IMG/VR virus record: IMGVR_UViG_3300031908_000001
Span: 32,001 to 96,000 of that record
Strand: one strand, 5' to 3'
DNA length: 64,000 nucleotides
Source of the DNA: a virus
Lineage: Duplodnaviria > Caudoviricetes
Each line of letters starts with the position of its first letter. The stretch's first letter is position 1. The translations under genes and the position numbers were made by a program. Below, piece after piece: positions 63,857 through 64,000 of this stretch. The notes beneath the pieces were generated by a model. That model was not told the origin of the DNA. It was given only the letters and a program-made list of their open reading frames with translations, and ran no database searches.

Positions 63857-63919
63857 TTTTGTTAGTGTTTGGTTTTATAAATTTAAAAATAAAAATTGAA
63901 TTATAAAAACTTTTATAAT

Positions 63920-63954
63920 AAAAAAAAGACCTGAGATTTTTCCCAGGCCCTTTT
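63920..63954 (-). terminator. intrinsic terminator
   Basis: Minus strand AAAAGGGCCTGGGA-AAAA-TCTCAGGTCTTTTTTTT. Confidence 0.7.
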
Positions 63955-64000
63955 ACTCTATAATCTAAATTCATTTTTAATCAAATTGCTTCTTTAAACA

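Larger units (their letters stand above)
21866..63918. repeat. dispersed 18-bp palindrome TNAT[AC]AAA-(AC|GT)-TTT[TG]ATNA, at least 17 copies
   Basis: Copies start at 21866, 26239, 26256, 27347, 30322, 31913, 34190, 39928, 41942, 44474, 45632, 48006, 48036, 53624, 57139, 57809, 60983, 63901. Confidence 0.85.

Noticed and set aside
21866-63918. Dispersed palindromes as a CRISPR array
   Set aside because: Copies are kilobases apart with no regular spacers, and there are no cas genes.

Overview
This 64 kb window is part of a large, AT-rich, apparently lytic myovirus genome. All convincing genes lie on the minus strand. 1-24.6 kb is a virion morphogenesis module in Herelleviridae (SPO1/K/A511)-like order: terminase, portal, MuF, prohead protease-scaffold, major capsid, neck, sheath, tube, chaperones, tape measure, baseplate. 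An ADP-ribosyltransferase/NUDIX cassette sits inside the head genes. 24.6-64 kb is a dense early/accessory region of about 90 small ORFs, plus a DEDDh exonuclease, dUTPase, ThyX, HNH-like protein, SF1 and SNF2 helicases, metallophosphoesterase and RNase H. The host is inferred to be Bacteroidota, from TAnnTTTG/TTTG promoters, AT-rich leaders without obvious Shine-Dalgarno sites, and a T9SS-cargo-like gene. Most notable: (i) three tRNA-shaped RNAs with non-canonical anticodon regions; (ii) a candidate capsid-packaged ART + NUDIX module sharing a K-[A/S/G] maturation motif; (iii) a phage-encoded candidate type IX secretion substrate; (iv) two families of palindromic sites (18 bp, at least 17 copies; 13 bp, 8 exact copies); (v) two paralogous TerS-like genes flanking TerL; (vi) small proteins that appear combinatorially built around a shared C-terminal [FYW]TxxD/E helix module. 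All calls come from motif and synteny recognition by eye; no database searches were run.
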